Origin: Candidatus Poribacteria bacterium
GTDB taxonomy: Bacteria > Poribacteria > WGA-4E > GCA-2687025
Length of the DNA: 64,000 nucleotides
Assembly: GCA_963665845.2 (NCBI GenBank)
Contig: OY762492.1
Location: 2,304,001 to 2,368,000, forward strand
Direction: 5' to 3'
Notes under the pieces: model-generated
The model's database searches: none
What the model saw: the letters and a program-made list of their open reading frames with translations, nothing else
What the model was told of the DNA's origin: nothing
In this document: in pieces, positions 59,508 through 64,000 of the stretch
Layout of the letters: the number at the start of each line of letters is the position of its first letter
How positions within the stretch are numbered: position 1 is the stretch's first letter
Translations under genes and position numbers: made by a program

Positions 59508-59714
59508 CTGACCTTACGTCTTAAGTTGGGACATGTCGGCATGCGAACGCGGACGTCTTCTGCGGCGCCTCTAGATTCCCGCGCGTTTTACCGCAGGGGC
59601 GGGAATGACGGCCTGGTTGTCGGCGCCTCTAGATTCCCGCGCGTTTTACCGCAAGGGCGGGAATGCATGTCTTCGCGGGCATGTCCCCGTGAAAACGGGG
59701 AAGCGGGGAACGGC
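59508..59714. repeat. MITE-B end plus two long-loop REPs (one nested)
   Basis: CTGACCTTACGTCTTAAGTTGGGACAT at 59508; gattcccgcgcgttttaccgcaRgggcgggaatg twice; tail is the reverse complement of 49775-49825. Confidence 0.85.
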
Positions 59715-59751
59715 GAGAGGGCGCGGCGGCTTTCGCTGTTCTCCGTCTGTG

Positions 59752-59780
59752 TTGACGGAAACGGGGGCGCGGTGTATCAT
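59752..59780 (+). promoter_or_regulatory. Candidate sigma70 promoter for thiO-thiS
   Basis: TTGACG-N17-TATCAT. Confidence 0.55.
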
Positions 59781-59852
59781 GACGAAGCGGGGCGGCGGAT
59801 AGGCTTCGTATGTATACCTTTATATAAGGGCGACTCGGGGAGGAGGACGTGA

Positions 59853-60983
59853 ATGGAGCGGGATCGAATTTTGATTGTCGGAGGCGGCGTCTGCGGCCTC
59901 GGCGTCGGATGGAAACTTGCCAAAGCGGGCAAGCGGGTCGTTCTGTTTGAAAAAAGCGGCCTCCGACAAGGCGCCACATGGATTGCCGCCGGCATGCTCG
60001 CTCCGCAGATGGAGCTTGCCGACGAAGAAGAAAAGTTTATGGGTCTCGGACGCGACTCGCTGCGCCGATGGCCGAATTACCGCGACGAGCTGGAAGCGGA
60101 CGCCGGCATGTCGGTCGACTACCGCGACGACGGGACGCTGTTCGCCGCGTTCGGCAGAGAGGACGTCCAGCAGCTGCGCGAGCTATACGACGATCAGATT
60201 CGGATGGGTCTGGATGTGGAGTGGATGGGCGGGTCTAAGACGCGCGAGATGGAGCCGCGCCTCTCTCGACGCGCTTCCGCTGGGATCTACTCCGCCATTG
60301 AGCATCAGGTGGACCCGATCAAGGTCGGGGACGCGCTCATTCGCGCCTTTCAAAAATGCGGGGGCGAAATACGCGACCATACGCCCGTTGAATCGGTTCT
60401 GATAGAAGACGGGCGCGCCGTCGGCGTTCAGCTGGAAGACGGAACGGCGGAAGGCTCCGCGGTCGTCGTCGCGGCGGGCGCATGGACAGGGCTGCTTGGA
60501 GAGATGGGAACGCTTTCGCCCGCGCCGGTGCGCCCCGTGAAAGGGCAGATATTCTCGGTTCAGCAGACGGGCGAGCCGCTGATACGCCATGTCGTCTGGG
60601 CGCTTTATGACGGCGACTTCGTTTATCTGGCGCCGAAAAGCGACGGGCGTCTGATGATCGGGGCGACGGTTGAAGAGCGCGGATTTGACACGCAGCCGAC
60701 GGTTGACGCGGCGGTGAAGCTGTTAACCCCCGCGTGCGAAACGCTGCCCGATCTGCGCGAGCTGCCGATTATCAAATGGGGCGTCGGGCTTCGACCTGGG
60801 AGCCGAGACAACGCGCCCATCTTAGGCAATACGGCGGTGGAGCGGCTGTTCATGGCGACGGGCCTCTACCGCAACGGAATCCTGTTCGCGCCGATCACGG
60901 CGGAGGAGGTGTCCGCGGCGGTTCTCACCGGCGAAATGAGCGAGGCGATCGCCCCTTACAGCCTGGGAAGGTTTCAAAAATGA
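59853..60983 (+). CDS. thiO: Glycine oxidase
   Basis: 'IVGGGVCG', 'AT..AAGMLAP', 'PVKGQ', 'IGATVEE.GFD', 'GLRP', 'G.YRNGIL.AP'; coupled to thiS. Confidence 0.92.
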   Translation: MERDRILIVGGGVCGLGVGWKLAKAGKRVVLFEKSGLRQGATWIAAGMLAPQMELADEEEKFMGLGRDSLRRWPNYRDELEADAGMSVDYRDDGTLFAAFGREDVQQLRELYDDQIRMGLDVEWMGGSKTREMEPRLSRRASAGIYSAIEHQVDPIKVGDALIRAFQKCGGEIRDHTPVESVLIEDGRAVGVQLEDGTAEGSAVVVAAGAWTGLLGEMGTLSPAPVRPVKGQIFSVQQTGEPLIRHVVWALYDGDFVYLAPKSDGRLMIGATVEERGFDTQPTVDAAVKLLTPACETLPDLRELPIIKWGVGLRPGSRDNAPILGNTAVERLFMATGLYRNGILFAPITAEEVSAAVLTGEMSEAIAPYSLGRFQK

Positions 60984-61186
60984 AACGGATACAGGTCAAC
61001 GGCGAGGAGCGCAAGACGGCGGCGCGCTCCCTAGAGGCGCTGCTGAAGGAGCTGGGCATTGAGCCTGGCGCGAAAGGCGTCGCCGCCGCTGTCAACGAGA
61101 AGGTGGCGCCGAAGTCGCGGTGGCATGATACGCCGCTTGCCGACGGCGATCAGGTGGAGATCATTCGCATCGTTCAGGGCGGTTAA
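60980..61186 (+). CDS. thiS: Sulfur carrier protein
   Basis: ATG 60980 overlaps the thiO stop; 'IQVNGE...VAAAVNE...L.DGD.VEII...QGG'. Confidence 0.95.
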   Translation: MKRIQVNGEERKTAARSLEALLKELGIEPGAKGVAAAVNEKVAPKSRWHDTPLADGDQVEIIRIVQGG

Positions 61187-61221
61187 CGGATAGAGACGGC
61201 GTTTCCTGCGCGGAAAGGAAG

Positions 61222-61272
61222 CAAAGGGAAGGCATGCCCCGCCGGCGCGAGGGCATGAACCTTTCCCGTTTG
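61222..61272. terminator. Imperfect palindrome between convergent genes
   Basis: caaagggaaggcatgccc...gggcatgaacctttcccgtttg. Confidence 0.45.
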
Positions 61273-62829
61273 TCATTCGTCAACCTCTTCGTCCTCCTCG
61301 TCCGATGTGTCGCCGTCTTCGTTGGCAGGCGGAGAAGGCGGCTTTGGCTCCTGTCGCCGCAGCCGATCCTGGCCCTTCCACATTTGATACGCCTCGTAAC
61401 GCTGCTTCAAGCCGCGGCGCACATTCTCCGGCACATCCGCGTTCTCGATGAGATGCAGATCAAGAAAGTCAAAGAAGGCGTCCACATCCTCGGGGCTTTT
61501 GCCCGGCGACTGCGGCAGCTCCACGCCCGGCGGCAAAAGCGGCGGAAGCGCCTGTTCATCCGCCGCCGCGCGATCCGCTGTCGGCTCATCAGGCGGCGCG
61601 ACAACCCCAGAAGGCGCAGGCGAAACGGGCGGCGCGTCGGAAACTCCTGAGCGTCCGCCATCGGTGTAATCCAACAGCGCGCCCGTATAGTCCGCCATCA
61701 TCATCCACTGAACGATCGTCATTTCCTTCACCTTCTCGGAATTCAAAAAATCAACCGCGCCTTGAAGAGCCGTCTGCCGTTGATGTTCTGACATGACAGC
61801 GATGCGGTCCTTCCAGTCCAAGCGCATCGGCTTGCTGTCGGGAGGCATCACTTCGTTGTTCTCATCCAGGTAAAACACCTCAATGCCTTCGGGGGCGACG
61901 CCATGGTATTTTAAGAGATGCGTCTCTTCGCCCGTCAGCCTGCGGTCGCGAGGGCCGTACATGACAACCGCATGGTTTGGATCGCCTGGAGCGATCCTCA
62001 CATGCACCTGATTGCCCCTCGTCGGGATGATCCGATCTGCTAGATGAATCCCGCCCATGCTGCGCGGATCTTGGCGCGCCGCTTCCCGAAACATGATGTT
62101 GTCCCGCGCAATTTTAAGGATCTTCCTGTCGATGTACGCGTTGTACTTGTCGTCATCTTCCAAGCCGTAGATTCGGATGATGTCGGCATACGACTCTGGA
62201 TGAGTTCGAATCCGCGCAAGAAGTCCCCGTATGTTGAGTATTCCTGAATAATCGTGGTTGTCGCGGAACACGATCCCAAGATCAAGCGCGCGTTGAATCC
62301 ATTCCTTGCGCGGGAAAGCTTTCTCGACCCAGGCTCCGTAGTATTTGTCGCCTTTGCCCTTACCGTACCTTTCCATGAGAGCTTCGACGGTCTGCGGCCT
62401 GTCGTAGTTGCCCAGGCTGCTTGTATCGATCTCGACGCGGGATTCTCGCTGCGGGGGCTTGTCGGTGAACTTGATATCTGAATGACTCGGTTTGCGCCCG
62501 TATTCCTTAACGTACTCCTTGAAGGCTTCCGCGGCGACTTTCCGAAAATGAGCCGCTTCATCAGGCGACAGCTCTCTGCCGTATTTCTTGTACGATTCCC
62601 GCAGCTTTTCAAGATACACGGCGGCGAGCTGCTCCGTGGACTCATAGACCCCGTTGTCCGCGTCCGTTCCGTCTTTACGGACAGAGTTTGACATCGGGTC
62701 GACTCCTTGCGCGGCTGTTGGAAAGGAAGCGGGCGGCTGAACAGCCGCCCGCTTCCATCCAAAGACCATCAGAAATGCCGTCAACAGAGCAACCGCTGCG
62801 CCGATGAGAGCGATGCGCGTCCTTTTCAT
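61273..62829 (-). CDS. Hypothetical N-terminally membrane-anchored protein with a Pro-rich/acidic C-terminus
   Basis: GAGG plus ATG 62829 gives 'MKRTRIALIGAAVALLTAFLMVFGW'; about 518 aa; no recognised family. Confidence 0.8.
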   Translation of the reverse strand: MKRTRIALIGAAVALLTAFLMVFGWKRAAVQPPASFPTAAQGVDPMSNSVRKDGTDADNGVYESTEQLAAVYLEKLRESYKKYGRELSPDEAAHFRKVAAEAFKEYVKEYGRKPSHSDIKFTDKPPQRESRVEIDTSSLGNYDRPQTVEALMERYGKGKGDKYYGAWVEKAFPRKEWIQRALDLGIVFRDNHDYSGILNIRGLLARIRTHPESYADIIRIYGLEDDDKYNAYIDRKILKIARDNIMFREAARQDPRSMGGIHLADRIIPTRGNQVHVRIAPGDPNHAVVMYGPRDRRLTGEETHLLKYHGVAPEGIEVFYLDENNEVMPPDSKPMRLDWKDRIAVMSEHQRQTALQGAVDFLNSEKVKEMTIVQWMMMADYTGALLDYTDGGRSGVSDAPPVSPAPSGVVAPPDEPTADRAAADEQALPPLLPPGVELPQSPGKSPEDVDAFFDFLDLHLIENADVPENVRRGLKQRYEAYQMWKGQDRLRRQEPKPPSPPANEDGDTSDEEDEEVDE

Positions 62830-62831
62830 GA

Positions 62832-63323
62832 TCACATATCCTCTGAAGGCGGATCCCCAGTGTATTCTCCCGTCCCACAAATGTCGGGGTCAAGGCCGTT
62901 GGGGCAGGTATGTACCGCAAAAGCGATTGGATGAAGATGCAGCCCGCCAGGCAGTACCATTTGCCCATCCGCCACGCCCTCCGTCACGCCAGCCAAGTCT
63001 TGGTCGTCTTTAACGTTGCGGATTAAATGGTACTGGTAAGACAGACCTGTTGAAATGTAATCGTCAGGGAGGGGATGCACTCTCAGCCCGCTCAACGCAT
63101 ATGAATCAACGCTCACAGGGTCGCTTGCGTACCAGCCAAGCATGCCTATTCGATTGTAAGGCTCTCGGTCGGTCGTTCCTGAGGATTCCCCGTAAGACCC
63201 GCTGCCGCCTATGTCAATCACCTCAAGATCCACCCCAACATTCAACTCAAACTGCCCTGAGGAAGATCTGTGGAAGCTTCTGACGCCTTCCACATGCGTC
63301 ACGCGAAGAATTTTGACGACCAC
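62832..63323 (-). pseudogene. Probable 3' remnant of a gene upstream of the hypothetical
   Basis: Protein-like 163 codons ending 2 nt before the next ATG. The GTG at 63323 is directly preceded by an in-frame TGA, has no RBS, and there are further stops upstream. Confidence 0.45.
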
Positions 63324-63711
63324 TCAGTGTTGGAACTTTCGTTTCCAGACGGTTCATCCCGCCTGCTTTCAGTGTAGCATAAGCCGTTCTCCAGCGCTAA
63401 CGGCTTTCGCCGCTGATCTAAAGACCGGCTCAATGCCGTATCGTAACGCTAGCATGGTTTTCGCTGTCGCGCAACAACTATTTCTGCGCCCACGATTCCA
63501 TGCTTGCCCTTACCCTACATTGTTCGTTCTCACGTGTCAACATCTTTTTTGCTGAGGCTGTCTCTACAGACGATGCGCTCAACGGCGGCGGATAAGAGCG
63601 GGATTTTCGTACATCATTGCATGGGCGTACCGCCTTCCGGTTGGCGCGCTTTCAAAATTTCTCAAAACAGCGTATCATTGCGTTCAGTGTCAAACATGAA
63701 ACGGAGAACGG

Positions 63712-64000
63712 ATGGAGATCAAGCAAGGCGCGGACGCGCCCAACTTCAAAGCAACAACCGAAACAGGCGCCGACATTTCTCTCGATATGTTCAAAGGGAA
63801 GCGGATCGTCGTCCTGTATTTTTACCCAAAAGACGACACGCCCGGCTGCACCATCGAAGCGAAGGGGTTCCGCGACGCGCTCGGAGAGTTTGAAAAGCGC
63901 GGCGCCGCCGTCATCGGATGCAGCGGCGGAACCGCGCAAAGCCATCAGAAATTCATCGACAAATACGGCCTGAACTTTTCGCTGCTGGTCGACGAAGACC
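63712..64000 (+). CDS. bcp: Peroxiredoxin BCP/PrxQ (3'-truncated)
   Basis: Not in the ORF track. GGAG plus ATG 63712 gives 'MEIKQGADAPNF...VVLYFYPKDDTPGCTIEAKGFRD...SHQKFIDKYGLNFSLL'. Confidence 0.93.
   Translation, partial: MEIKQGADAPNFKATTETGADISLDMFKGKRIVVLYFYPKDDTPGCTIEAKGFRDALGEFEKRGAAVIGCSGGTAQSHQKFIDKYGLNFSLLVDED

Noticed and set aside
60734-60979. 150-aa version of ThiS
   Set aside because: The extension lies inside thiO; the ThiS fold starts at ATG 60980.
63324-63380. Three in-frame TGA codons as selenocysteine or stop-codon recoding
   Set aside because: TGA is used as a normal stop throughout the window, no SECIS-like context is evident, and pseudogenisation is simpler.
63504-63973. 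Track ORFs 63504-63893, 63617-63973 and 63652-63945
   Set aside because: Alternative frames over the real bcp gene that starts at 63712.

Overview
High-GC bacterial window, most likely Candidatus Poribacteria. This is an inference from the 'LLPNYPNPFNPETWIP...WDGRN..GE.VASG.YFY' C-terminal sorting domain and the sulfatase, PhyH and TPR content. The left 22.5 kb is a surface-protein export locus. It holds two giant Ig-repeat proteins (>2740 aa, 5'-truncated; ~4000 aa), each ending in a different T9SS-type C-terminal domain, followed by a PorV/PorQ-family beta-barrel and a LysM/coiled-coil/C-terminal-TM protein. About 8 kb downstream is an adjacent PorY-like kinase plus PorX (receiver-PglZ) pair, within a uvrB-porY-porX-rng-moaC-sbcD-yyaL run. 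Together these suggest a T9SS-like secretion and regulatory system outside Bacteroidota, but no core translocon or motor genes are in this window. The right half mixes housekeeping and metabolic genes (sulfatase, class IV aminotransferase, YCF48-like propeller, P1 peptidase, SNF2, PhyH, enolase-superfamily enzyme, Omp85, PpiD, MBL hydrolase, thiO-thiS, bcp) with a TPR-fused antitoxin plus ParE/RelE-like toxin. Its intergenic spaces hold nested repeats: CGTC-type REP palindromes, a TGAACTAG-ended element, and two MITEs with visible target duplications. No rRNA, tRNA, CRISPR array or transposase was recognised. All calls come from reading motifs by eye; no searches were run.
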